From: Candidatus Sumerlaeia bacterium
GTDB lineage: Bacteria; Sumerlaeota; Sumerlaeia; SLMS01; JANRJK01
Direction: 5' to 3'
Length of the DNA: 64,000 nucleotides
Assembly (NCBI GenBank): GCA_033764015.1
Contig: JANRJK010000023.1
Coordinates: forward strand, 1-64,000
Shown one piece after another: positions 50,310 to 60,505 of this stretch. The position numbers were made by a program, and so were the translations under genes. The stretch's first letter is position 1, and each line of letters begins with the position of its first letter. The notes under the pieces are model-generated. The model did not search any database, was not told the DNA's origin, and saw only the letters and a program-made list of their open reading frames with translations.

Positions 50310-52220
50310 ATGAACGTTCGCTTTCCCGTAGTCGCCCTGGCGGCCTTGCTGCTCTCGGCCGCGCTCCCTGCTGCGCCCACCATCTCCGGGCGAGTGACCA
50401 TCGCCTCCTCGGGGAACGGTCTCGCCGGGATCGACCTCGACGTCTTCGACGTGGCAACGGGCGACTCCGTGGCGATCGTGTCGGGGGGCATCTCGGGCAC
50501 CGGCGGCAACTTCACGATGACGCTGCCCGCGGCGGGCACTTACATCGTCCGCGCGGATCCCGGGCGCACCGACGGTCTGGTGGACCAGTACTATCCGGGC
50601 AGCTTCCTCGCGAGCGGCGCGGCGGCGCTCGCCGTGACGGATGGTTCGGCGCTGACGAACATCAACTTCGCGCTCCCGGCGGGCGTCGTCGTCTCTGGCC
50701 GGGTGACCGCGGTCGGCGGCGCAGCCCTCGACGACATCGACATGGACGTTTACGCCTCGACGGGCGAACTGCTCACGGGCGTCCCCGCGCGGACCGCCGG
50801 GGGTGGGTTCTACGATCTGGGGGCGCTTCCGGCGGGCAGCTACTTCGTCCGCGCGAATCCGGATCCCGCGCTGGACCAGTTCTTCGTCACGACGTACTTC
50901 GGCGGCTCGCCGAACCAGGCTGGTTCCACGCCGGTGGCGGTCGGGGGCGGCAACGTCGCGAACGTCAACATCGTCCTGCCGCCGGGGGGCTCCATCTCGG
51001 GCACGGTCACCGACGGTGCGGGGGACCCTCTGGCGAACCTCGACTTGGACGTCTATGACGCGAACGGAGCGCGCATGGCAGCGAATGCCGTGACGGCGGC
51101 GGACGGCACCTACGACATCGGCGGCTTCCCGGCGGGCCAGTACCGCCTCCGGGTGGACCCGACGATTCCACAGGGGTACCCCCGGACCTGGTATCCATCG
51201 GTGTACATCGAGCCCTCGGGTACCCTGCTGACGGTGGCGGTCGGCCAGCGCACGACCGGGGTGGATTTCTCGCTGCCCCGTGGCGGCGTCGTCGCGGGCC
51301 GCATCGCCGCGGCGGAGAACGACGCGGCGCTCGCCGACATCGATCTCGACATCTACGACGCCACGCAGGCGCGTGTGGACTTCACCACGAAGACACGCGC
51401 GGACGGCACGTACACGATCGGGCCGCTTCCGCCGGGCCAGTTCTTCCTCCGCGCAGACCCGGGCCTCACGCAGTTCCGCGCGCGGGAGTACTACCCCGAC
51501 ACGGACTCCTTCGCGACTGCGCAACTGGTCTCGGTGGCGGGAAACGGCACGACCGCGGGGATCAACTTCTCGCTCGCCAAGGCTTCGTACATCGCGGGTG
51601 TCGTGACCTCCAACGGCTCGCCGGTCGCCGGCGTCGACCTCGACCTCTACGATGCCGCGACCGGCGCGGACGTGCTGGTGCCGGGCGACTTCACCCGGGC
51701 GGACGGCTCCTACGACCTGGGGTCGCTGCCGCTGGGCAGTTACAAGCTCCGCGTCGACCCGACCAACACGAGCGGGTTCGCGCTCGAGTACTTCGATGGC
51801 AAGGCCACCCGAGACACGGGGGACGTCATCGTGCTTGGCGACGGCGTCGGGGCCCCGGCCACAAACTTCGCGCTCGACGCGGGCGGCATCATCCGGGGGC
51901 GGGCCACGGACGCTTCCACGGGCCAGCCGCTCGTCGGGTTCGACCTCGACATCTTCCGGTCGGACACGCTGCTGCGCATGGACAACGGCGCGGTGACGGA
52001 TGCCGCCGGCGACTACCAGTTCGACCGCCTTCCCGCAGGCTCGTACATTGTCCGCCTCGACCCGGTGAACGGCGCGACGTACCTGACGACGTACCACCCG
52101 AGCGCCCCGAACGCCGCCAGCGCCAACGCAGTTGTCCTCGGCGCGGGCGCGACCGTCGCCAACATCGACGTCGCCGTGCTGCGCCGCCCGGCGCAGGCTG
52201 TGGGGTGGATGATCCGCTGA
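50310..52220 (+). CDS. secreted protein with repeated carboxypeptidase-regulatory/Cna-B-like domains
   Basis: Signal peptide; about six ISG.VT..DLDVYD..GSY.VR.DP..YY units; ends AVGWMIR. Confidence 0.85.
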   Translation: MNVRFPVVALAALLLSAALPAAPTISGRVTIASSGNGLAGIDLDVFDVATGDSVAIVSGGISGTGGNFTMTLPAAGTYIVRADPGRTDGLVDQYYPGSFLASGAAALAVTDGSALTNINFALPAGVVVSGRVTAVGGAALDDIDMDVYASTGELLTGVPARTAGGGFYDLGALPAGSYFVRANPDPALDQFFVTTYFGGSPNQAGSTPVAVGGGNVANVNIVLPPGGSISGTVTDGAGDPLANLDLDVYDANGARMAANAVTAADGTYDIGGFPAGQYRLRVDPTIPQGYPRTWYPSVYIEPSGTLLTVAVGQRTTGVDFSLPRGGVVAGRIAAAENDAALADIDLDIYDATQARVDFTTKTRADGTYTIGPLPPGQFFLRADPGLTQFRAREYYPDTDSFATAQLVSVAGNGTTAGINFSLAKASYIAGVVTSNGSPVAGVDLDLYDAATGADVLVPGDFTRADGSYDLGSLPLGSYKLRVDPTNTSGFALEYFDGKATRDTGDVIVLGDGVGAPATNFALDAGGIIRGRATDASTGQPLVGFDLDIFRSDTLLRMDNGAVTDAAGDYQFDRLPAGSYIVRLDPVNGATYLTTYHPSAPNAASANAVVLGAGATVANIDVAVLRRPAQAVGWMIR

Positions 52221-53812
52221 TGCTCAGGAACTTCGGCGGGAAGGAACTCCTGATCGCCCTGGCCATCTGCGCGCTGACCGCGGTGATCATCGCGTACAAG
52301 GTCGTGGCGCTGGACTACACCCCCGCATTGCTCGAGCCGGAGGATGGCTACAGCGTCCGCTTGAGCATGGACGTGCAGGGCAGCGGCGGCGTCTGCGACA
52401 TCAAGGTCACGCTGCCGATCTCCTCCGACCGGCAGACGGTGCTCCGCGAGGGCCAGAACGCGGACGGCTTCCGCTACACAATCTCCCCGGGACGCGTCGG
52501 GCGCTGGTATGCGAAGGAACTGGCCGACCGGCATTCGATCGCCTACTACGCGATGGTGCAGACGCAGGCGGCCAAGTACCCGCTCCCGCAGGACGAGGCG
52601 ATCCCCACCACCTACACCCTCGCGCTGCAGGCCAACCTCGCGCCAGAGGAGCGGATCGAATCCGAGGACCCCGCCATCGTCGCGAAGGCGCGCGAGCTGG
52701 CACCGCCGGGGACCGACGTGCGCACCACGATCGAGCGCCTGTACGACTTCGCCTACCAGAAGGTGACGTACATCGCGGTGAAGGGACCCAGCGAGGCCAC
52801 GACGGCGCTCGCCCTCGGCGAGGCTTCCTGCAACGGCAAGAACCGCCTCCTCGTCGCGATGCTCCGCGCGTCGGGAATCCCGGCGCGCATGGCGAACGGC
52901 CTCATCCTCGAGAACGCCGGCAAGCGCACCACCCACGCCTGGAGCGAGGCCTGGGTCGATGGCCGCTGGATTCCGCTCTGCCCGACGAACGGCTACTTCG
53001 CCGAGATCCCCGAGAAGTACCTCGAGCTGGCGAAGGGCGATGTCTCCGTGATCACGCGCAGCAAGAACGTGGGCTTCGACTGGCGCTGGCGCATCAACCG
53101 CCAGCTTTCCCAGCCGCAGCGCGTGATCCAGAGCAACGCGGAGAATCCGCTCAACGTCCTCCAGACGTGGACCGCCCTGAAGGAGTACCACATCTCCTAC
53201 GACCTGATCATGGTGATCCTCATGATCCCGATCGGCGCGACCATCGTCGCGCTGGCGCGGAACGTGGTCGGGGTGGTGCCCTTCGGCACCTTCATGCCGA
53301 CGCTCGTGGCGGTGTCCTTCCGCGAGACGGGGTTCCTGCTGGGCGCCCTGGCCTTTTTCGCGGTCATGCTGGTCGCCGCCGCGGTGAACGCCTCGATCAT
53401 GAGGCTGCGCCTGCTGCACATCCCGAGGCTCGCGATTATCATCACCTTTGTCGTGATGTCGATACTGCTGTTCTCGGTCGTCTCGATCCGTCTTGGATTC
53501 ACCAAGGGGGCGGCCATCAGCCTGTTCCCCATGGCGATCCTCTCGCTGACGAGCGAGCGCTTCACGATGACGATCCTGGTCGACGGTTGGAGGGCCGCCA
53601 TCCGGCGCACCGTGACCACGTTCTTCGTCGCGGCCGCGTGCTACGCGGCGATGCGCTCGACGCACCTGCAGATCGCGATCGTCGCCTTCCCGGAACTGCT
53701 CCTGGCCAACGTGGCGGCGAACCTCGTGATCGGCTCCTGGACCGGCCTGCGCCTCACGGAGTACCGCCGCTTCCGCGCGCTGGCCGACCACGACAACCCC
53801 GTCCCCGAGTAG
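52220..53812 (+). CDS. transglutaminase-like domain fused to 7TM membrane domain
   Basis: GEASCNGK..LRASGIPAR, THAWSE, WIPLCPT, then FGTFMP and multiple TMs. Confidence 0.88.
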   Translation: MLRNFGGKELLIALAICALTAVIIAYKVVALDYTPALLEPEDGYSVRLSMDVQGSGGVCDIKVTLPISSDRQTVLREGQNADGFRYTISPGRVGRWYAKELADRHSIAYYAMVQTQAAKYPLPQDEAIPTTYTLALQANLAPEERIESEDPAIVAKARELAPPGTDVRTTIERLYDFAYQKVTYIAVKGPSEATTALALGEASCNGKNRLLVAMLRASGIPARMANGLILENAGKRTTHAWSEAWVDGRWIPLCPTNGYFAEIPEKYLELAKGDVSVITRSKNVGFDWRWRINRQLSQPQRVIQSNAENPLNVLQTWTALKEYHISYDLIMVILMIPIGATIVALARNVVGVVPFGTFMPTLVAVSFRETGFLLGALAFFAVMLVAAAVNASIMRLRLLHIPRLAIIITFVVMSILLFSVVSIRLGFTKGAAISLFPMAILSLTSERFTMTILVDGWRAAIRRTVTTFFVAAACYAAMRSTHLQIAIVAFPELLLANVAANLVIGSWTGLRLTEYRRFRALADHDNPVPE

Positions 53813-53820
53813 CGCGACCC

Positions 53821-54699
53821 ATGTTCGGATTCCGCAAGCCCCTCGACGCCTACGGCATGAACCGCCGCAACCGCGACCTGGTGCTGCTCCACAATCCGCC
53901 CCGCGCAATCGCCCTCGCCAACGACAAGATCGCCACGAAGCGCGCCCTGGCGAAGGAGGGCGTGCCGGTGCCCGCCACCATCGCCGAGATCCGCCGCCAC
54001 CGCGATGTCGCCGCGCTCCTCCCGATCCTCCGCGAACAGCGCCACGGCTTCGTCTGCAAGCCGTCGCACGGCTCCCAGGGGCGCGGCGTGACGCTCTTCA
54101 CCCGGGCCATCCCCGGCTACGTGCTGCCGCTGCATGGCGAGCCGTGGTCGGAGTACGACTTCACGTACTACGTCTGCCGCCTGCTCTCCGGCGAGTACAC
54201 GGTCGGGCGCCCCCTCGACGAGGTCCTGGTCGAGGAGAAGATCAACCCGGACAGGGGCTGGATCATCGCGGACCTCGCCGGACCGCCGGACCTGCGCATC
54301 ATCGTCCACGAGGGCGAGCCGGTATTCTGCATGGCCCGCCTCCCGACCATCGCGTCCGAGGGCCGGGCGAACCTCCACAAGGGGGGCGTCGGCCTCGGCA
54401 TCGACCTCCGCACGGCCCTCAGCCACCACGCGATCATGAAGGAGAAGTCCGTCTCGCACCACCCCGACAGCGGCAACCCGCTCCTCGGCCAGCGGGTCGA
54501 AGGCCTCGCCGACTGCCTCGCCATGGCGAAGGCCTGCGCGCGCGCGATCCCGCTCGGGTACATGGGCGTCGACATCATCCGCGACCGCGACCGGGGACCG
54601 ATCGTCATCGAGGTGAACGCCCGTCCGGGGCTCGCCATCCAACTCGCAAACAGCAGGGGGCTCGCCTCCGTCCTTCGCCCCCGGAGGGACTCCGAATGA
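53821..54699 (+). CDS. alpha-L-glutamate ligase-like ATP-grasp protein
   Basis: GMNRRN, NDKIATK, KPSHGSQGRG, DLRII, ANLHKGG, GVD, EVNARPG. Confidence 0.9.
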   Translation: MFGFRKPLDAYGMNRRNRDLVLLHNPPRAIALANDKIATKRALAKEGVPVPATIAEIRRHRDVAALLPILREQRHGFVCKPSHGSQGRGVTLFTRAIPGYVLPLHGEPWSEYDFTYYVCRLLSGEYTVGRPLDEVLVEEKINPDRGWIIADLAGPPDLRIIVHEGEPVFCMARLPTIASEGRANLHKGGVGLGIDLRTALSHHAIMKEKSVSHHPDSGNPLLGQRVEGLADCLAMAKACARAIPLGYMGVDIIRDRDRGPIVIEVNARPGLAIQLANSRGLASVLRPRRDSE

Positions 54700-56582
54700 A
54701 GGCCAGACTGCTCGCGCTCATCTTCGCCGCCGCCGCGTGCGCGCCGCCCGCCGGCGCCCAGAGGCAGGAGGAATCCGTCGCCTCGGTCGCGGACGACAAC
54801 CCCGGGGCGGGCGCAGCCTACCAAGCCGCCCGCGACGCCATCAACGCGAAGGACTGGAAGGCCGCGCGGGCCCGCCTCGGGGCCCTGACTCAGGCCGAGC
54901 CGGGGAACGCGGCATACTGGAACGACCTCGGCTTCGTGCACATGCAGACCGGCGACACGGCTGCGGCGGACGCGGCGCTCCGGAAGGCGCTGGAACTGGC
55001 GCCGGACTACTACCGAGCCGCGTTCAACCGCGGTGTGCTCCTCGCGGAAGGCGGCGACGCCGCGGCCGCGGTCGCCGCCTACGAGGACGCCCTGCGAGCC
55101 AACCCGGGCTTTGCGGAGGCGATGTACAACCTGGCGCTCCTGCACCAGCGGGAGGACCGCATCGACGAGGCGAAGCGCTGGTACGCGAAGCTGCTCGAGA
55201 CGACCCGCGCCGCCCGCTTCTACAAGGCGCACTTCAACCTCGGCCTCATCGCCTCGGGGGAGAAGGACTACCGCGCCGCCGCCGCGCACTACCGCGAGGC
55301 CATGCTCCTCAACCAGGCCTTCCAGCCGGCGCACCTGAACCTCGGCCGCGCGCTCGCGGAACTCGGCGACGATGCGGGCGCCCTCCACGCCTACGAGAAC
55401 GCGGCAAAGCTCGACCCCTCCGATTTCCAGGCGCCGTGGAACATAGGCCTCCTCAAGCGCAGGCAGGAGGACATCGCCGGGGCCGAGGAGCAATTCCGCA
55501 AGGTGCTCGAACTCAAGCCCGACTACGCCCCCGCGCTCTTCAACCTCGCGCAGTACGCGCGCCGCGCGGACCGCGACGGCGAAGCGATCGACCTCTACCG
55601 GCGCTGCGTGGCCAGCGATCCGAAGAACGAGGACGCGTGGTTCAACATGGCGCAGCTCCTCCGACGCCTCGACGACGACCCCGGCGCCGAGGCGGCCTTC
55701 CGCAAGGCCCTCGCCCTCGACCCCAAGCTCGATGCGGCATGGTTCAACCTGGGCCAGATACTCCGCCGGAAGGGGGACGCCAACGGCGCCGAGGAAGCAT
55801 TCCGGCGCACCGTGGAACTCGATCCCAAGACCACCGCCGCATGGTTCAACCTCGCGCAGCTCCTCCGCCGCAAAGGCGACGCCGCCGGCGCCGAGGAAGC
55901 GTTCCGCCGCACCGTGGAGCTCGACGCCTCCAACACCGCCGCATGGTACAACTTCGGCCAGATACTCCGCCGGAGCGAGCGCTTCGACCTGGCGGAAGCC
56001 GCCTTCCGCAGCGCCGTCGGCACGGACGCCAAGCACGCCGAGTCCTGGTACAACCTCGGCAAACTCGCCGCCCGCCGCAAGGACGCGCAGGGCGCGATGG
56101 AGTGCTACCGCGCCGCTTGGGAGGCCGACGCCGGGTACGCGGAGGCGGGCTACAACTTCGCCCTCTCCCTCGCCAAGGCGGACCGCGACGCGGAAGCGAT
56201 CGGCATCTACCGCGCTGTGCTGCGGGTGCTCGATTCCGCCACCGCGGCCGAGCGGGAGCCCGACGAGGATACCGGAGACCTGAGGCGGAAGACGGCCTTC
56301 AACCTCGGGCTCGCCCTGCGCCGCGGCGAGGACTTCGCCGGCGCGGAGGCCGCCTACCGCATCGCGGTCGCCGCGGATCCGGAGTTCGAGAAGGCTTGGG
56401 TGAACCTCGGCTACGCGCTGATGTACCAGAGGAAGTTCGACCCCGCGGAGGAGGCCTTCCGCCGCGCGCTGGAATTGAAGCCCGACTACGACAATGCGAA
56501 CGACGGCCTCCGCGACCTCGAGGCCGCCCGCAACGGAGCCAAGCCCGGCAACGCCGGCAGGAAAGGCGATCCATCTCCATGA
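54696..56582 (+). CDS. exported TPR-repeat protein
   Basis: Signal peptide; many AWFNL/G..A..AFR.AL.LDP repeats; ATGA overlap. Confidence 0.9.
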   Translation: MKARLLALIFAAAACAPPAGAQRQEESVASVADDNPGAGAAYQAARDAINAKDWKAARARLGALTQAEPGNAAYWNDLGFVHMQTGDTAAADAALRKALELAPDYYRAAFNRGVLLAEGGDAAAAVAAYEDALRANPGFAEAMYNLALLHQREDRIDEAKRWYAKLLETTRAARFYKAHFNLGLIASGEKDYRAAAAHYREAMLLNQAFQPAHLNLGRALAELGDDAGALHAYENAAKLDPSDFQAPWNIGLLKRRQEDIAGAEEQFRKVLELKPDYAPALFNLAQYARRADRDGEAIDLYRRCVASDPKNEDAWFNMAQLLRRLDDDPGAEAAFRKALALDPKLDAAWFNLGQILRRKGDANGAEEAFRRTVELDPKTTAAWFNLAQLLRRKGDAAGAEEAFRRTVELDASNTAAWYNFGQILRRSERFDLAEAAFRSAVGTDAKHAESWYNLGKLAARRKDAQGAMECYRAAWEADAGYAEAGYNFALSLAKADRDAEAIGIYRAVLRVLDSATAAEREPDEDTGDLRRKTAFNLGLALRRGEDFAGAEAAYRIAVAADPEFEKAWVNLGYALMYQRKFDPAEEAFRRALELKPDYDNANDGLRDLEAARNGAKPGNAGRKGDPSP

Positions 56583-58189
56583 AGCACGCGACCATCCTCG
56601 CACTGTTCGCGATCGCGGCACCGCTCGCAGCCCAGAACCAGCCCCCCCCCTCAGCCCTGGGCCAGCCATTCGCCGATCCCGTCGTCGGATTCTACGTCCC
56701 GCCGACGCGGAGCGACCAACCGCTCGCCGCGACCGCGAGCGCCGTCTCCGTGTGGGAAAAGGACGGCGCCCGCTGGAAGACCATCATGGATGCGGAGGGA
56801 ACCGGACGGCGCATCCTCGGCCTAGGCGGCTACCCCAAGTCCTCGAAGGCGCTCTACGTGGCCCACACCGAGGGGGTGTCCTACTCGCGCGACGCCGGCG
56901 CCTCCTGGGAGGAGGGCCGGCCCGCCGGCTGGGAAGACGCGGGGGAGTTCGTCGCAATCGCCGTCAATCCCACGGAGCGCAAGCAGGCCATCGTCGCCAC
57001 GCGCACGCGCCTGTGGCTCACCATGCTAAACGGCCGATTCTGGCAGGACATGCCGCGCCCCAGCCCGCGCGAGGAAGTGCGCTTCCTCTCCTTCACCGGC
57101 GGGGACCAGCCGATCCTGGTGCTCGGCACTTCCCAGGCCCTCTACCAGTCCACCAACACAGGCGACACCTGGACCGCCCTCTACCGCACGGAGAACGGGC
57201 CGCGCGCCGTCGCCGTCTCGCCGGAGAAGCCCATCGCCGCGATCGTCGACGAAACGGGCCAACTGGTCCTGTTCGACCTGGCGCGGCCGGGATACCGCCT
57301 GACGCGGACCGTCACGGGCGGCCCCCTTGCCGGCGGGATTGCGTTCTCCGACTCGGGCACCCTGTGGCTCGCGAGCGACGCCGGCGTCGTGGCGGCGCTC
57401 GCGGGAGAGGCCTCCCCCTCGCTGCTGCCCGTCGCGGCCCTTGCGGCGCCGGCCCGCTTCATCGTCCCCAACCCCCGCCTCGCGTCGGGCGCCTACTGGG
57501 TTTCCGGCAACGCCGTCTACCGCTTCGACGACGGCCCCGTGGGCCTTTTCAACGTGCAGAAGTTCGAGCAGGGCATCCCGCTCGCCGCCGCCACCGCCGA
57601 GCCGGACGCCGCCAACCGGGAAGGCGGCCTCGAGGAGGCCGACGCCATCCTCGCACGCGTCATGGCGGGCGAGCCCCCGATCGAGGAAGTCATCGCCGCA
57701 TCGCTCCGCACCGCCGAGATCCGCCCCCGCGACGTCGAGCGCTGGAAGCGGAATGTCCGCCGCCGCAACCTCATCCCCGAAGTGGCCTTCCGCACCGGCT
57801 CCAGCGAAGAGGCACTCAACCGCACCACCATTGTCCGCGAGACGAACCGGTTCGACGAGCAGAGCTACAACGACCTCTACGAGGACGACGAAGTTCGCTG
57901 GATGGACAGCTACTTCGTCGAGTTCCGTTGGGACCTCAAGAACCTCGTCATGGACGACGAGGAAGTCGCCATCTCCGAGGAGGCCCGCCGCGCCGCCGAA
58001 CAGCGCAACAAGGTCGTCACGGACGTCAGCAAGCTCTACTACGAACGCATCGGCATGCTCGTCCGCGAGGAGATGGAGGCAGGCGCCATGTCGACCGAGG
58101 AGGCGATCCGCTTCCGGCTCCGCCTGAGTGAGGCAACCAGCCTCCTGAACGAAATCTGCGGGGAGGGTCTGTACACCTCCACACCGTAG
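56579..58189 (+). CDS. secreted BNR/beta-propeller protein with helical TolC-like C-terminal domain
   Basis: Signal peptide; SRDAGASW and STNTGDTW Asp-boxes; C-terminal LIPEV..WDL..VSKLYYER. Confidence 0.75.
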   Translation: MKHATILALFAIAAPLAAQNQPPPSALGQPFADPVVGFYVPPTRSDQPLAATASAVSVWEKDGARWKTIMDAEGTGRRILGLGGYPKSSKALYVAHTEGVSYSRDAGASWEEGRPAGWEDAGEFVAIAVNPTERKQAIVATRTRLWLTMLNGRFWQDMPRPSPREEVRFLSFTGGDQPILVLGTSQALYQSTNTGDTWTALYRTENGPRAVAVSPEKPIAAIVDETGQLVLFDLARPGYRLTRTVTGGPLAGGIAFSDSGTLWLASDAGVVAALAGEASPSLLPVAALAAPARFIVPNPRLASGAYWVSGNAVYRFDDGPVGLFNVQKFEQGIPLAAATAEPDAANREGGLEEADAILARVMAGEPPIEEVIAASLRTAEIRPRDVERWKRNVRRRNLIPEVAFRTGSSEEALNRTTIVRETNRFDEQSYNDLYEDDEVRWMDSYFVEFRWDLKNLVMDDEEVAISEEARRAAEQRNKVVTDVSKLYYERIGMLVREEMEAGAMSTEEAIRFRLRLSEATSLLNEICGEGLYTSTP

Positions 58190-58445
58190 TCGGCGGCGCA
58201 GCTAACAGGCGGCGGCCAGCAACCACCTCTCCCTCCGCCTCTCCCACCCCACCTCCCGGGCCGACGCCGGCAACCGCTTCTCGCTCGGGGCGGCCCTCTC
58301 TCCCCTCTCGCGGGGCCAGATCAGGAGCCGTTCCTGGCTGTCCGGCGCGATGAGCGCCAGATCCATCATCTGCGTGGAAGCGGGAGAGGCACGCTCCGGA
58401 CGGAGTCCCCCTCGCGGCTGCGCGGTGCGCAGCCGCTGCTCCGCA

Positions 58446-58913
58446 TCACCGTTCGCGCCACAAGTCGGGGCGCGTTGCGGGAGTGACGCAAAGCTCGGCG
58501 AAGTAGGGAGGATCGATCAGCTTCCCGGCGAGGGGCTCGATCCACTTCTCCCACGCGGCAGCCTCGTCGACCTGGCGTGTCGTGAGCGGCGACCAGCCGC
58601 GCGGTTCGGATCCGATGAAGTGCAGGACCGTCACCTCCGGCGAAGACGAGGCGTAGACGAGCTTCCCTCCAACCCGCACAACCCGCAGGCTGGAGCCCGC
58701 TGCATCGGCGTCGGGGACGACCTCCGCCCCGAGCCGGCGGAACTGTTCGAGCGCCTCCTCCACGGGACCGACCTGCAACGCCACCCGCAGCGAATCCGGC
58801 TCGTCGAAGTGCGCCCCGAAACTCCCGCAGATGCGGAAGTACCGGAGCTTCCTCACCCAGCTCCTCAACTGCGCCGTCTTGTAAGGACCGAGTATCATCG
58901 ATTGCCGCGCCAC
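58446..58913 (-). CDS. hypothetical protein
   Basis: About 150-aa ORF of plausible composition. Confidence 0.5.
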   Translation of the reverse strand: MARQSMILGPYKTAQLRSWVRKLRYFRICGSFGAHFDEPDSLRVALQVGPVEEALEQFRRLGAEVVPDADAAGSSLRVVRVGGKLVYASSSPEVTVLHFIGSEPRGWSPLTTRQVDEAAAWEKWIEPLAGKLIDPPYFAELCVTPATRPDLWRER

Positions 58914-58991
58914 ACGCTTCGGGAGTTTCCAATACCGGAGTGTCCCGGGAGTGAAGGAGCCTCATCGGCTCCTCCCGGGTCGGTCGGCGCC

Positions 58992-59093
58992 CAGGCGGTA
59001 TCCAACCCACGGCTCGGTGATGAGGAGCCGCGGGCCGCCGGGGTTGGCCCCGAGCTTCTGGCGGAGCTGGTGCAGGTGGACGGGGACGTAGCG
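58992..59093 (-). pseudogene. KdpE/OmpR-type response regulator C-terminal remnant
   Basis: VHLHQLRQKLGANPGGPRLLITEPWVGYRL. Confidence 0.6.
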
Positions 59094-59728
59094 GTCCTCC
59101 TGATGGGATGTGCCAGTTGCCTTTGCGATCCACTAAGGGAGCAAGCGCCTTGCCGGGACCGGCGTTTGCGAGGGCGGCACGTTCAGCATCGGCGACCTGC
59201 CCCCCAGGACTTAACAGTTCCGAGCCCCGGCCGATCCCGCGCTTGGCCGGTTCCACGTCACCGCACGGTACGGCGACAGGGCGGACGAAGCGGCTTCGAC
59301 CTTGACACCCATGACGCACTCGGCGGGCGCGTGGCGCCGGACGCGGACACCATTGCCGAGGGCTCGCACAATTGGCGGGTGCTCGCCGCGGGCTCATAGA
59401 AGATGCGGTGCAGCTCGAACAGCTTCAGGGCGGGGAGCAGCCGTGCCACGTCGGCGGTTAGCTCGTTGGTAAGCGGGAGCGTGAATGTTGCCATCCTCGG
59501 AACCTCGCCGCCCTGCGGAATCGATCGGGGAGCTTCGTCCGTTCGCCATCCTTCGTGCCGCGCATCCCAGCCTACATCAGCCAAGTCGCGGCTTCCCGCC
59601 TCGCCGCGCGGGCGGTGGCCTTGACGGCACCACTGGCCCGTTGAAGCTGGCTCCATGACTGCGAATGGTGGCGCTACCTTCACCGGAATGCGCCCGCAGT
59701 GCCGCAAAACCTGTAGGGGGCCCCCTGC

Positions 59729-60451
59729 ATGCCAGCGAACTACCACCCTCGAGCGTTCACGCTCGTCGAGTTGCTGATCGTCGTGGCCATCATCGCGATC
59801 CTTGCTGCGATTGCGGTCCCCAACTTCCTCGAGGCGCAGGTACGCGCGAAAGTCTCCCGTGCGCGATCGGACCAGCGTGCGCTGGCGACCGCCCTTGAGG
59901 CCTACCGGGTGGACAATGCGGCGTACCCGCCGCAGGGACCCAAGACTCAGAGCACCTACCCTTACGTGACTGATGACACGAGAATCTACGGGGGAGATTC
60001 CCCGCGACATGCCGCTGGCAACCCGACGATCCTCTTCCACCTCTCGACGCCAGTTGCCTACATCACGTCCTCCGCTCTCCCGGACCCGTTCTTCAAGGGC
60101 TTCAATCTGGGCGGAACAAGCATCGCCAACGACGTGAGATGGTACAATTACTCCGGAGATTACTTCGGAGGGCGAACCTACCAGCCCTCGACGGACGGAA
60201 CGGTCGAGCAGTTCGAGGCCACCAGCCGCGCGCTTCAGCAGAAAACCGGATGGCACCTGAGGTCGCGCGGTCCTGATGGACTGTTCGCGACTCGCACCGA
60301 AGGAAACTCGGACTTCCTACTCTACCACGGGCAAGCGGGTGCGGGACCCACTGGCAACGGCGGCATCAATGTCCTGTATGACCCGACCAACGGCACGGCG
60401 AGCAGGGGCGACCTGTACCGGCTCGGGTTGGGACGCGTCCCCGGCCAGTGA
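59729..60451 (+). CDS. type IV pilin/pseudopilin-like protein
   Basis: AFTLVELLIVVAIIAILAAIAVPNF; LSTPVAY; SRGPD; YDPTNGTASRGD. Confidence 0.9.
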   Translation: MPANYHPRAFTLVELLIVVAIIAILAAIAVPNFLEAQVRAKVSRARSDQRALATALEAYRVDNAAYPPQGPKTQSTYPYVTDDTRIYGGDSPRHAAGNPTILFHLSTPVAYITSSALPDPFFKGFNLGGTSIANDVRWYNYSGDYFGGRTYQPSTDGTVEQFEATSRALQQKTGWHLRSRGPDGLFATRTEGNSDFLLYHGQAGAGPTGNGGINVLYDPTNGTASRGDLYRLGLGRVPGQ

Positions 60452-60505
60452 GCGACACCCGGAGGGCCTAGGGCCGACACCCGGCCGCCGTTGCTTGGAC
60501 AGTCT

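Noticed and set aside
59395..59494. UPF0175-like antitoxin remnant (MATFTLPL..ALKLFELHRI)
   Set aside because: Short and degenerate; cannot be supported without a search.
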